Virus record (IMG/VR): IMGVR_UViG_3300010885_075474
Span: 5,016 to 69,015 of that record
DNA: 64,000 nt
Direction: 5' to 3' (one strand)
Origin: a virus
In this document: positions 37,237 to 47,673 of the stretch, piece by piece
Numbering within the stretch: the stretch's first letter is position 1
Layout of the letters: the number at the start of each line of letters is the position of its first letter
Program-made: the position numbers and the translations under genes
The notes under the pieces: generated by a model
Database searches by the model: none
The model's input: the letters and a program-made list of their open reading frames with translations, nothing else
What the model was told of the DNA's origin: nothing

Positions 37237-38277
37237 TTATCTCCCGCCATACATTTGCTGAATGTCGGCTCGTGTCAATACTTTTGGTCCGGCCTTCACA
37301 GTTTGACCTTGGTTATTTTGCGCGGCGAGGTCAGGCACCACAGGCATTTTGCCCATGTTTTTTGCCTGCATCTTCGCGGCCAGGTCACTGTAAATATCGC
37401 TTACCATTTTGTTGAGTCGATCCTCTTGTGTGGCGTTCGATAAAAGGAAGTTATACAGGTTTTGCGCAGCCGCCCGCCCTTCTGGTGTTGCCGGATAAGC
37501 GCTCGGATTCTGTTGAATCTGCGCAACCACAGCCGCCTTAACGTTGGCCACAATATCCGCAGGAGGAACATAATCGAACGTGTATTCGGGCCGTCCGGAT
37601 TGGGGATCGGCAGGCGCCTTGAATGGCACCACAGCAGGCAACGTTGCAATCTCGTTTGCATGCTGGGCAATCGTCTGTTGCGTTCGGATCGCTTCAGTAG
37701 GATCCACGACAACGGGTTTGGGCTCGTAACTTACTTTGCGGGTTTGCAAGTCCTGCAAAGCATTGTATCGGGCCTGTTGCAGTTTCGCTTGGCTTGCGGG
37801 TGACAGCGAGTTAAAATCGGTGCCGGGCGCAAATCCGTACTGCTCCTCCATGATTGCATCAATCTGATCGGGCGTGTAGCCCGCAGGATCGAATTGCAAT
37901 TGCATGCGAATCGCTTCTGCATGCGAGAGTTGGTTTAGATCAATTTTTGAAAGCCGAACATACGTTTCGAAGTCGTCAGCCTTGGCGCCAGACAGCGCCA
38001 GTTCGTTCAATTTCTCAATCAAAGGACTCGCAAAGCGATTTTGCTCCAACCCCTGGAGTTTCGCTTGCAGTTCTACCGATTGTTCCCGAGAACGAATCAA
38101 ATCTTGAATTTCGGTATAACTGTTCAATGCACCGCCAGATACTTCGGCAAGTGCTTTGTTCAGATCAGGTTCCGCAATACCGGCAACCAAAACTGGGCTT
38201 ACTGGATCGGTCCCCACCCCGGGGCTTCCAACAGGCATTTGTGGCGCTGGATTTTGTGGATTTTGTTGTTCAATCAT
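37237..38277 (-). CDS. Putative scaffolding protein
   Basis: Helical Q/P/A-rich protein between portal and capsid. Confidence 0.6.
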   Translation of the reverse strand: MIEQQNPQNPAPQMPVGSPGVGTDPVSPVLVAGIAEPDLNKALAEVSGGALNSYTEIQDLIRSREQSVELQAKLQGLEQNRFASPLIEKLNELALSGAKADDFETYVRLSKIDLNQLSHAEAIRMQLQFDPAGYTPDQIDAIMEEQYGFAPGTDFNSLSPASQAKLQQARYNALQDLQTRKVSYEPKPVVVDPTEAIRTQQTIAQHANEIATLPAVVPFKAPADPQSGRPEYTFDYVPPADIVANVKAAVVAQIQQNPSAYPATPEGRAAAQNLYNFLLSNATQEDRLNKMVSDIYSDLAAKMQAKNMGKMPVVPDLAAQNNQGQTVKAGPKVLTRADIQQMYGGR

Positions 38278-38297
38278 TGTCCGGATGTTTTGTTTTG

Positions 38298-38305
38298 CAA
38301 AAGTA
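38298..38305 (-). promoter_or_regulatory. Possible -7 box for scaffold/capsid genes
   Basis: TACTTTTG about 20 nt upstream of the ATG. Confidence 0.45.
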
Positions 38306-38313
38306 ATGATTTA

Positions 38314-40740
38314 TTAAGATATTGGTAAAGTTTCCGGTTTTTCGCCTTCCGCTTCTTCTTCTTCTTCCGCGTCCATTTGTAACTTGGCTTTCAGCGTTAT
38401 AAGTTCCACGTTTCGCTGATGCTGCTTTTGAGCATTTTCGTCATCTACCTTGCCTTGGAGAACAATCAGTTTGCCCTTGGCTTCCGCTTTCATGGCCTCG
38501 CCTTGGGCTTTTGCCTGCTCCATCGCTACGCCCGCTTGTGCTTGCGCCTGGGATTGCGTGACCATGGCTTCTTGCTGTTGTTGCGCCTGCAATTGCTGGT
38601 TTTTTTGAACGGCCCGGGCCAGATAGAATTGCGCCATTTCCATTTGATCTTGGTCAATCATATTGGCTACAACCAAGTAATCCGCCTCAGTAATCAATTG
38701 GTTCTGGCGATTTTGAAGCAATGAATTCATAATTTGCTGCTTCAGATTGTCGTTTGCCAGCGGCTTAATCACCACGTCATAATCATGCACCGAGTATTCA
38801 GGCAAAAGCCGGATCTGCTTCACCACGTTACTGCCAGGCATAATGCGCGTGAATTCCAATTCGCCATGCGCAGACACAATCTGATATCGGCGAGCGATCT
38901 GCAAACAGATTTGTTGATACAACGATGTGGCCGCGGTATAAAGACCGGACAGCGCCCGGTTGCTTGATGCTTCAAAGTTTTGAGCAACCCCATTCAGCAC
39001 ATTCGCCGCCTGGGCAGACCCGTCGCTCATTTCATTGGTTCCTGATACCATGCGCAGGCTGTTCAGGTTCATTTCAATTTCAGCCTGAATAGTCTGCATA
39101 AATTGCAGGGTAGTATTAGGGAGTTCCATGATCGGCGCTCCTTTGTTTGCTGCACCTGGATCATAATCACCTCGATCTGCATAGATTAAATAGCCTCGGA
39201 TCGCATAAATATCCAGCAAATCCGGCAACGTCACATTCATGCCGCCCAAGTCCAAGGCATCTTCCATAGATGCAATATTGATCGCAATATTTGGAGGAGG
39301 AGGCATTTTCGACATAACACTACGACGCCGCAAAATTGCCAATTGGAGATCGTCAATAATCGCCACGGCACTGTCGGTAATGGATGGGTTATTCAGCGCA
39401 TAAATCTGCACCGGTAAAAGCGCTTTCATGGCGCCCGGGCTGCCATCGCGCACCGTAATCACATCGCGGCCCGCAGCATACACATAATTCGTGCCCACAA
39501 TCCATTTTGCAGTGTATACATATTGGATCGGATAATCTCGTACAACTTTTCCCATGTTGAGATTGCGCTTGTTGAGAGTCGAACCTCGCTCCACGCGATC
39601 AAACAAGCGCCCGCCATTGGATCCAATACCAACCACATAGCGCTCCACATCCAACCCGATCACATAAAAGGTCATCACTTGGATCCGGCTATTGTCATAT
39701 GGGCCACCATTTCGGTATCTGGTTTGAAATAAATCCCGTTGCCCGACAGATTGGTAAGTATCCTGATATTTCATTCCTGAATTTCCACCGTAGCCAGCAT
39801 AGGTGTTGGCAATTTCCTGAAGCGTTCTTTCGTCGAAGCCGGATTCGGCCCGGATGCCCGCAATGGTCATGTCTTTTACAAACGCCACAAAATCTGAATC
39901 TCGGCAATCTGCATACATGGAGGAGCGGAAAATTAATCGCGCAGGATCAACATACTCAATAATCTGTCTGCCGGTTCCGTAGTCGTGATAAATATGCGTG
40001 GCAGCAATGGCGCCATCTACCAAGTCCTCGCATATCTGGCGCTTAATGACGGGATCGTAACGCGATAAATCAAACGAGTTTTTCAGCGCCTCGGTCAATT
40101 CAATTTCCGCTTGCAGGGAATATCCGCCCAATTTTTCGATGACATCAATATCATCTGGCGAAAACATCTCGGCGTTTTGGGAGATATTGGTGGGCGCCAT
40201 TCCTGATTCAGCAAAAAATTGCTGCGCTTTTGGATCGGCTGCAAGACGGTCGCGCAGATAGTTCTGCTTCTTTTTATTGATCGCAAGGCCATCCACTGCC
40301 GTTACCTGGGGCTGGAATCGTAGGCTCATAATCCGGTCAATGATGCGCTCCCGGAATGCAGACCAAATCCGCACATTGTCATAGGATATATTCAGGAGAG
40401 ATTTTGCATTGTCGGCACTTGGAACGGCACCCCATTTGCCGGGATCGGCGCTATATTGAAAATCAAGTATTTCTCTATACTTGTCAACAGGCTGCATACC
40501 GCGGGCGTAGGCTCGGAGGAGCGCAAGCGGGCGAGAGTTTGCCGCATAATACCCATTTGGGCCAATGACGGTTTGGCCTGCCGAGTACAGTCCGTAAATG
40601 TACCTGGCCCATAACAGCATTTGCTGATTGTACTCGGCTTCATCTTCAGGAAAGATTGCCGATGGCGTGTCAATTTTACCCTTCTCCATTTGGGTTTTAA
40701 AATTGTCCACTCCAAAAGCCTTATTGTATTGCTCCTCCAT
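38314..40740 (-). CDS. Portal protein
   Basis: LRAYARGMQP..KY, EYVDPA, SG.NE..DG, Gln-rich C-terminal barrel; follows terminase. Confidence 0.88.
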   Translation of the reverse strand: MEEQYNKAFGVDNFKTQMEKGKIDTPSAIFPEDEAEYNQQMLLWARYIYGLYSAGQTVIGPNGYYAANSRPLALLRAYARGMQPVDKYREILDFQYSADPGKWGAVPSADNAKSLLNISYDNVRIWSAFRERIIDRIMSLRFQPQVTAVDGLAINKKKQNYLRDRLAADPKAQQFFAESGMAPTNISQNAEMFSPDDIDVIEKLGGYSLQAEIELTEALKNSFDLSRYDPVIKRQICEDLVDGAIAATHIYHDYGTGRQIIEYVDPARLIFRSSMYADCRDSDFVAFVKDMTIAGIRAESGFDERTLQEIANTYAGYGGNSGMKYQDTYQSVGQRDLFQTRYRNGGPYDNSRIQVMTFYVIGLDVERYVVGIGSNGGRLFDRVERGSTLNKRNLNMGKVVRDYPIQYVYTAKWIVGTNYVYAAGRDVITVRDGSPGAMKALLPVQIYALNNPSITDSAVAIIDDLQLAILRRRSVMSKMPPPPNIAINIASMEDALDLGGMNVTLPDLLDIYAIRGYLIYADRGDYDPGAANKGAPIMELPNTTLQFMQTIQAEIEMNLNSLRMVSGTNEMSDGSAQAANVLNGVAQNFEASSNRALSGLYTAATSLYQQICLQIARRYQIVSAHGELEFTRIMPGSNVVKQIRLLPEYSVHDYDVVIKPLANDNLKQQIMNSLLQNRQNQLITEADYLVVANMIDQDQMEMAQFYLARAVQKNQQLQAQQQQEAMVTQSQAQAQAGVAMEQAKAQGEAMKAEAKGKLIVLQGKVDDENAQKQHQRNVELITLKAKLQMDAEEEEEAEGEKPETLPIS

Positions 40741-42784
40741 ACTGTTTCATTCTAAATGGCGACATGAATTTTCTTGAATTACGCCGTTTTTGTTTTTCCG
40801 TTTTGATAAACATGGATTGCGCATAAAGCAGCGCCCATCCATAGGCAACAGTTAAATCTCGCTTTCCCCGGTTTTGCGGAGTGCCCGTAAACTGCTTGTG
40901 GTCCTCCAAGAGATCCAGATGCGTTTGCGCTGCTACTTTGATGGCCACTGCCGATTTAAGTTCCCGCACATAGGCAGTGATCGCTTCAGACGACGCTGGT
41001 GCGCCATAATCCACCGCTCTTACTTGCTTGTGAATTGAAACCTTCATATTTGGATTAAACGCGAGGTATTTGTGATAGGACTTATGCTCGCAGTAAGTTA
41101 TAAGACCTGGTTTTGCTTTCTCGATCAGCATATCCACTCCGTAGTAGATTGCAGTCATCAAACAATCCTCATAAAAATCATAGGGATTATCAGGTCGGTA
41201 TCGGTATGTCAAACAGCACCGGTCCGTAATCATTTTTTCGCGAATCGGATTCGGCCCCCAAGCATCGGCAGCCGGATCTTCAACCGTTGGATCAAACATG
41301 CGATGAATTGCCATCGCCCCATAAGAGCCACCGCCATCTGGCTTATAATCGTCTACCGGATCCACGCCCATCGCAAATTTACCCTTATTTCCTGGTGATG
41401 CGTAACCATTCAGAAAATCTCGGTTATTCGGAATATCAGGATGCCCGGATATTGACCAGCGGCCATTATCGCTTGGTCGCCATTCCACGTCCGAGCCAAA
41501 GCCATTTTTCCACACTAAATTCCCGCGCACGGGCTTATTCAGATACGAGATACCGAGCATATTATTGCGCTGCAATTTGCCAATTTGCTCATCAAGCAAA
41601 TGCGGCAATAACACACAATCTCGATCAGGCACCGCCAAGGCATCTTCTACACTGGCCGGAAACTTCCGCTTATACGATACTATCTCGGAGGCCAGGCCCG
41701 CACGGCGCATTTGAGCAATCGTTTCTTCGCGCCGTTTTGTTTCTTCTTCTACCCTATGGCGCCCAAACTGATCCACCGGAGCCGTCAGCCAATAGCCGCG
41801 AAAAACGCGCAGCAATCCGCTTATGGTCTGGTTGTTTTTATTTAGGCTTAACGGATTGGACGCATCCCATAATTTGCGCATTTCGTCAATCGATTCGCCC
41901 TCGTCCATATCTTCGACGGTCGTTGTCAATGCTGCTTTCCCTATGATCCGGCGCCCATTCTCGAGCGATAAACAAAGTTTTACGACCGGCCACTGTTCCG
42001 ACCATCTCATTTTGGATGCCCGTATTTTACTCGGTTCGTCACCGTGAAAAAAACGGAGGCGCTTACCATCGTAAGCGCCGAACAGGGTAGGCTTGAAATC
42101 AATCCTGCTCCTCAATTCCTGAATTTGCTCCAAGTGCGTGTTTTCCGCAGTCGTGGAGCGATATCTAAAGATTAACTCCTCTTTAGGCATGTCGGTGCCC
42201 GTAGATTTTGGCCGAAAGAAATAGACCATATCACGGTTCGACATCACTACTCGGTCAAAGTTTTCCTGGGCGTCTACATCGGATTTATTCATCATCCCGA
42301 ACCACGATGAGCGGTATCTTGTAATAAGATCCCATCCGTAGCAGAGCGTTTTTTCCGTATCGCCAATACGGCGGGGCTTCACATCGAATATTCCATAATA
42401 GTTCGGATCGTTTTCAACATGATCCAATATTTGAAAGTATTCAATCGCTTCATAGCGGAAATCGGGATAATCACCGGATTCAGCCCGCCAATAGTTAAAA
42501 AACAAATACGCGCAGCCCGTAAAATAAACCGGTTCCCCGCCAATCAGCATCCACACGCCATTCCAGCGCCGATGCCATTCTCGCCGAATGAATTCTTCTT
42601 CTTTTTTCGGCTCCCACTTTGCAAGATCCTTTGGAACATCAATACGTCGGAATATCTGTTGCGATTTTGGCAGATCGTAATTCATCATTTCGCTTCGCGG
42701 AGGCATATCCGGCAAACGAATTGGAATTTCAACCCCTTTTATTTCACAAAAGTTATTCTTAGTAAACGTCTTGATGTATTCCAT
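40721..42784 (-). CDS. terL: Terminase large subunit
   Basis: KPRRIGDT (Walker A), FHGDE (Walker B), RKFP...EDA, MGVDP, RDLTVA nuclease motifs. Confidence 0.92.
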   Translation of the reverse strand: MEYIKTFTKNNFCEIKGVEIPIRLPDMPPRSEMMNYDLPKSQQIFRRIDVPKDLAKWEPKKEEEFIRREWHRRWNGVWMLIGGEPVYFTGCAYLFFNYWRAESGDYPDFRYEAIEYFQILDHVENDPNYYGIFDVKPRRIGDTEKTLCYGWDLITRYRSSWFGMMNKSDVDAQENFDRVVMSNRDMVYFFRPKSTGTDMPKEELIFRYRSTTAENTHLEQIQELRSRIDFKPTLFGAYDGKRLRFFHGDEPSKIRASKMRWSEQWPVVKLCLSLENGRRIIGKAALTTTVEDMDEGESIDEMRKLWDASNPLSLNKNNQTISGLLRVFRGYWLTAPVDQFGRHRVEEETKRREETIAQMRRAGLASEIVSYKRKFPASVEDALAVPDRDCVLLPHLLDEQIGKLQRNNMLGISYLNKPVRGNLVWKNGFGSDVEWRPSDNGRWSISGHPDIPNNRDFLNGYASPGNKGKFAMGVDPVDDYKPDGGGSYGAMAIHRMFDPTVEDPAADAWGPNPIREKMITDRCCLTYRYRPDNPYDFYEDCLMTAIYYGVDMLIEKAKPGLITYCEHKSYHKYLAFNPNMKVSIHKQVRAVDYGAPASSEAITAYVRELKSAVAIKVAAQTHLDLLEDHKQFTGTPQNRGKRDLTVAYGWALLYAQSMFIKTEKQKRRNSRKFMSPFRMKQYGGAIQ

Positions 42785-42853
42785 GCAATTTTCACTCGCT
42801 TGCGTTTAGCCCAAAACAGGACTATATTTATCCAAAATAGGATCGCTGTCATT

Positions 42854-44455
42854 CTACTGCCGAAGTATTGTTGCGTTTGTTATCACAATTCCATTTGCGG
42901 CAAGGGCGGTGCCAAATTGAGCAAAAAGAGCAAGCGTTTTTGTTGTTGTGGTATTTATACCTGTATTATCTGAAAGCACTGGGTTTGAAAATGGAAACCA
43001 CCCACCAAAAAACACGGGATCTACTAAAGCCGTTTGCATTTGTGCAAACCCTTGCGCTCGCATTGTTCCAGAGGCACCCGCTGCACTAACTCTTATTGAA
43101 AAGTTTGCTGTAAATGTTCGAAATGCGCCGCCAGAAATTGGGCGCAAACCCGCTGTTGCTGAATAAATCGTATCGGTTCCGTAAACCAATCCTACTCGAA
43201 GATTGCCAGGCGTAGTTGCATCCGTTTGAATATAACCTTCAGCCATGATTCGCAGCGTTTGTCCAGAAGACAACGAGTTGGCGGGAATTGAAACACTTGT
43301 TAATGTTGACACTGCCGTTGTGTTGTTAATCGTTGTGTTGGATGTTGCACTAAGCAAAGTTTGGTCAAAAGGGTAGTAAGTAGCGCCTGTTCCAGATCCT
43401 TCAAATTTATTCAAGTCTGTATTATGGCGAATTACGCCCGCTGCTGCTGTGGGGCGCTGCGCCGATGTTCCCGTGGGCAATCTTATTGCACCAGTTCCCG
43501 CCACATCAAGGCGATATAAAGGGTTTGTATTGCCTATCCCTAAGTTCCCCGCCTTATTCAATCTCATCCGTTCGGCTGCCGTTGCTGTGCCGTCGGAGGT
43601 CCAGAACGATATATTTCCTGAATAAAATGTGCTTGCTGTTGAGTCGCCCCGAAATTGGATTGTTGCCGCTTCTCTAAAAGCAGAACTGTAAAACGCTTGC
43701 GCATGCAATGCACCTAAATAATCGTAAGTGGTTGTACAATTACCACTTAAAACGCTTGCGCCACCTCTTGAACATATAATAGACCCCCCCTCTACAACGT
43801 TGGATGCTACATTATTACCACTTCGTAGGTATAATGCTCCTGCAGAGGTAGTTGCTTGCAAACCTGCATATCCGCCATTGTTCCCAGACGTATATGTGTT
43901 TAGATTAAACCATGCATTTGTGTTGTCATAAGTAAAATTTCCGCTATTAGAAAGCGAATTGACTCCCGAAAAATAAGGTATTCGATTCGTTGCTCCAGAA
44001 AAAGGGAATGACGGCGCCCATGCTGATCCAGTCCATCCTAAGTAGTTTCCAGCACTTGCGCCTGCCTGGCTAATTTTTGACATCCACACGGATCCATTTG
44101 CAAGACGTGTGGATGTAATCGCTGAAACAGCCAAACGGGAACTGTCAATCGTCGCAGCGGCAATTTTTGAATTTGTCACTGCATTTGCGTTGATCGTCCA
44201 TGACAATCCGCCGCCCGAAACAGTCACGTCCGTGTAGTTGCCGTCCGTAACCGATCCGGATTGGTCGGTTCCCCAAACAACGGACGTGTCGCCCGACATC
44301 TTTATAACTTGGCCATTCGTACCAGGTGCCAGATATTTTACAAATCCGTTTCGATAAAACATCGCAAACGGCTTGGTTGGTTGAAGCCGAGGATTTCCCG
44401 TTTGGGAAAAACAGAAAATCGGAAGAAAAAGGAGGAAAAAGAGGATTTTTTTCAT
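42854..44455 (-). CDS. Tail-fibre-like protein with N-terminal signal peptide
   Basis: MKKILFFLLFLPIFCFS|Q; AVTNSKIA repeats; ERMRL...GNLGIG...RLDV. Confidence 0.75.
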   Translation of the reverse strand: MKKILFFLLFLPIFCFSQTGNPRLQPTKPFAMFYRNGFVKYLAPGTNGQVIKMSGDTSVVWGTDQSGSVTDGNYTDVTVSGGGLSWTINANAVTNSKIAAATIDSSRLAVSAITSTRLANGSVWMSKISQAGASAGNYLGWTGSAWAPSFPFSGATNRIPYFSGVNSLSNSGNFTYDNTNAWFNLNTYTSGNNGGYAGLQATTSAGALYLRSGNNVASNVVEGGSIICSRGGASVLSGNCTTTYDYLGALHAQAFYSSAFREAATIQFRGDSTASTFYSGNISFWTSDGTATAAERMRLNKAGNLGIGNTNPLYRLDVAGTGAIRLPTGTSAQRPTAAAGVIRHNTDLNKFEGSGTGATYYPFDQTLLSATSNTTINNTTAVSTLTSVSIPANSLSSGQTLRIMAEGYIQTDATTPGNLRVGLVYGTDTIYSATAGLRPISGGAFRTFTANFSIRVSAAGASGTMRAQGFAQMQTALVDPVFFGGWFPFSNPVLSDNTGINTTTTKTLALFAQFGTALAANGIVITNATILRQ

Positions 44456-47400
44456 AATGCAAGGTTGTATTTTAGGGCAAAGTAGGATTTCATTGCAGAA
44501 ATTTGCGATGCCGTTAAGATTCGATTATAAATAACCACTTCGCATATTTCGCCAACAAAGCTGAAATTGCCCGTGTTAGTTCGTCCAATAAAAAAGTTAC
44601 TGGTGTTGGTTGTGGATAGCGTATTGCTTTGAGTATTGGCTGCATATGGGCCCAGCGGACCAACGTACGCCCGGGCTCGAAGTGCCGCAGTTGCATTCTC
44701 GGGATCCGTCGTAAACGCGAGCATCCCAAAATTACTTTCGGTATACCCATTTAGCGAATTTGAATTTGAAACGACTAAATTACTGCCATTAGAAATTAAA
44801 TTCGCTACAACTCCATTCCCAGGATTACGCTGGTAATACATCCCGTATCCTCGTTGCGCACTACCAACCGTGCCACCAATAATGCCGGATAGCGTACCGT
44901 TTACAAGAATAGAATCAGCCATTTTCACGATAACAAATACCGTGGCGCTATCCTTTTGCAATACAGACATATCGGAGCTATTCCGAACAGCCCATTTTGC
45001 CGTGGTCGTATCAGCCAGCGTAGTCGAAAACTTGAACGATGGTCTGAAATTGAGCGCTACTTTCTTCCAAGTTGGACCTCGGTTGACCAATGGAGCAGTA
45101 AAATTCCGATTATTCCCAGACCAGTCGTGCAGCGTATCCACTTGTTGCCCATTTGTGAATTTCGTTTCTTTTCCGGCATCAAGCCATACGTAAGGACTCA
45201 AACTTAGTGGGTACTCTAATGCCGCCTTGTAGTTTGCCGGGCACTGAAATAACAGTAGCGTGTCATTTCGCAAGGATCCTGCTGATGAATATGACCCCCA
45301 AATGGTATCCAATTCAACCACATCACCAAGAAGATTCTGGCAATACATCTGACTGTTAAGGGCAACCGTCTTGCTTGATATTGTTGGCGACTCTATGCGA
45401 AACGATACATTCTTACCTGTTTGCCAACCTAACAATTTCTGCAATACCGTGGTATTGGTCGTCGCCTTCTTAATGACAAAACTGGTGTAGTTAAAATTCA
45501 TTGCTATGGTATCATACCCGGTCGCAACAAATCGTGAATAGTCGTAATTAGGGATGATGTTTGATCGCCCTGTAATGCTTGCCCATATTCGGCGCCCTAA
45601 ATTAACTTGTGATTGCGCATCAATGTGCGAACTATCTGATACAACCACGGCATCGCTGTTGTACACGCAATTTGTCCAATCAAGACCATCGGTATTCAAT
45701 TGATTGTACAAATAATTGGCAGTCTGACCATCCGGAATTTCGCCAGGCCAAATCGTTTCGCCCGAAACTAATCCGGTTTTGATCTGCACAGCCAGCACCC
45801 TGGTACTTTTTTGCCATTTAGATAAATTCCGAAATTGATTCATTACCGTAAACCAATCTTGGGTATATTGGCGCTGGGTGCGCCCCGTCCATCCGTCTGT
45901 CTCGCCTTGATACCAGACGAGAACATCAATTCGAGGAATTCCGGATGCAAATACTCGCGCGCTGATTGTATCCCATTGTGTACCTGTCGGCGAAATCCAG
46001 TTTGCTATGGCTCGCCCACCCAAAGCAGCGTAAACAACGCGGGTTAAGCGACCGTCTTGTTCTGCTTGCTGGCCAATCGTGGTGCCCCACCAAGCAGTTT
46101 TGGTCGTAAGGCCATTCATCCAATACCAGTTCGTTTTGAAAGGACGGGCCCAACTTTCTATTGTTGGATTCCAAATGCACTGAAATTTCGACGGAACCGT
46201 GTCGGCTGGATTGCTTGTCGGGCCACACCGAGGCGTAGCATTACTTTGTCCGGTTATAACAATGTATACGGGTTGTTGCGCCGAAAACGTGCCTTGAATT
46301 CGGTCGTAATAACCGATTTTCTTCCAAACACCATACACATATTGGTAGGTATTATATATTCCAGTGCCATCATTTTCGGATAAATTGACCCAGGTCCGTA
46401 GCGTATCTGCGCCAGTCGGTGTTGCAGCCTTAATTATCCAACCAGAATTTCCAACACCACCCGCTGCCGATGCAGGAACCCAAGCGCTGCCATTCCATTG
46501 AGGCACCTGGTTGGGCGCAGCGCCACTTTGGCCAAGTTTCGACAACGTGATACCACCCGCCAAATCGCTGTTATTGATTGATAGCGGCTTGATCTTGGTG
46601 CTGTCTATGGAATTTACCGCAATTTTAATGCCGGTTACAGCATTTGAAGCAATTCGCGTTGCAGTAATCGCGCTGGCAGCCAGTTTAGAACTATCCGACA
46701 CAGCGCCCGCCGCCAAATTCCGGGCCCAAACCTGGCCGGTAGCGATATTGGTAGCCTGAATTGCATTCGCGCCAACTTTGGTACTATCCGATACGGAGCC
46801 CGCTGCCAATTTTGTGCTTGATACAGCACCAACGGCAATAGTTGTGGCCAATGACCCTGCCGCTTTAGTGACATCACCAGTCAATGCAGTCGTAGAAGCA
46901 ACTTTCAAAGTACCGGTAACATTACTGCCCGAAAGATCAATTGGATTGGCAGTAATAACTTGGCTTGATCGGCTCAAATAATTTTCGCCCGCCAAACTTA
47001 CATCCCCGGTATTCGTGCCGGATACAGTGGCGTTACCAGGCACGTCCAATGTTTTACCACCACCACTTAGCATCAAGCTTGCACCGGATGTGCTGATTGT
47101 TGCTCCATTCACCGAAGTGGGCGTAATGGCGCCCAGTGAGATCGTAAGCATTGGCGTACTCGTTGGCGTAGCAACTGTTCCGGTTATTCCGTTGGCGTTG
47201 TTGAAACCAAATGAAGTAACGGTGCCTGTTCCGCCACCGCCGCCACTACCCGGGCAATCGTCAGCCAAAGCCGCTACCGCAGCATATGTTTGATTGGTGA
47301 CAATGTTGATCGCAGGAGGCGTTTTATAGGCAATTACCGCCTTGCCTGCCAAGTTTGGGGTGATACTTCCGATCAATACGCGATTCACGACCAGCGGAAC

Positions 47401-47673
47401 CGTGGTGTTATTACCGTTTACCGTTTCGACAGCGCTCACGGCAAACAGTTTGTTGCAAGATCGCCGTACAATTGTATCGGGTTTTTCGGTGCAAAAGTAA
47501 TTGATCAGCGGATTACCATACTGAACAATCGCGGATCCATCTGCTGCCGTCCGAACCAAGCGGATTTCGTCAACATTAAAGCCCCGCGCTCCCGTGCTGG
47601 TATTGAGCGAAATGACCTGCGCATTGAGCGCAAAAGCCAAAACGGAAAAAAGGAAAATAAGTGCTTGTTTCAT
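44452..47673 (-). CDS. Tail-fibre/spike-like protein with signal peptide, SGNH (SASA) O-acetylesterase and LamG-like C-terminus
   Basis: MKQALIFLFSVLAFALNA|Q; 10-aa repeats; GQSNA, WYQGETD, DSSH; WLDA...GEICEVVIYNR. Confidence 0.8.
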   Translation of the reverse strand: MKQALIFLFSVLAFALNAQVISLNTSTGARGFNVDEIRLVRTAADGSAIVQYGNPLINYFCTEKPDTIVRRSCNKLFAVSAVETVNGNNTTVPLVVNRVLIGSITPNLAGKAVIAYKTPPAINIVTNQTYAAVAALADDCPGSGGGGGTGTVTSFGFNNANGITGTVATPTSTPMLTISLGAITPTSVNGATISTSGASLMLSGGGKTLDVPGNATVSGTNTGDVSLAGENYLSRSSQVITANPIDLSGSNVTGTLKVASTTALTGDVTKAAGSLATTIAVGAVSSTKLAAGSVSDSTKVGANAIQATNIATGQVWARNLAAGAVSDSSKLAASAITATRIASNAVTGIKIAVNSIDSTKIKPLSINNSDLAGGITLSKLGQSGAAPNQVPQWNGSAWVPASAAGGVGNSGWIIKAATPTGADTLRTWVNLSENDGTGIYNTYQYVYGVWKKIGYYDRIQGTFSAQQPVYIVITGQSNATPRCGPTSNPADTVPSKFQCIWNPTIESWARPFKTNWYWMNGLTTKTAWWGTTIGQQAEQDGRLTRVVYAALGGRAIANWISPTGTQWDTISARVFASGIPRIDVLVWYQGETDGWTGRTQRQYTQDWFTVMNQFRNLSKWQKSTRVLAVQIKTGLVSGETIWPGEIPDGQTANYLYNQLNTDGLDWTNCVYNSDAVVVSDSSHIDAQSQVNLGRRIWASITGRSNIIPNYDYSRFVATGYDTIAMNFNYTSFVIKKATTNTTVLQKLLGWQTGKNVSFRIESPTISSKTVALNSQMYCQNLLGDVVELDTIWGSYSSAGSLRNDTLLLFQCPANYKAALEYPLSLSPYVWLDAGKETKFTNGQQVDTLHDWSGNNRNFTAPLVNRGPTWKKVALNFRPSFKFSTTLADTTTAKWAVRNSSDMSVLQKDSATVFVIVKMADSILVNGTLSGIIGGTVGSAQRGYGMYYQRNPGNGVVANLISNGSNLVVSNSNSLNGYTESNFGMLAFTTDPENATAALRARAYVGPLGPYAANTQSNTLSTTNTSNFFIGRTNTGNFSFVGEICEVVIYNRILTASQISAMKSYFALKYNLAL

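Noticed and set aside
42854-47673. Diversity-generating retroelement targeting the fibres
   Set aside because: No reverse transcriptase and no template/variable repeat pair seen in the window.
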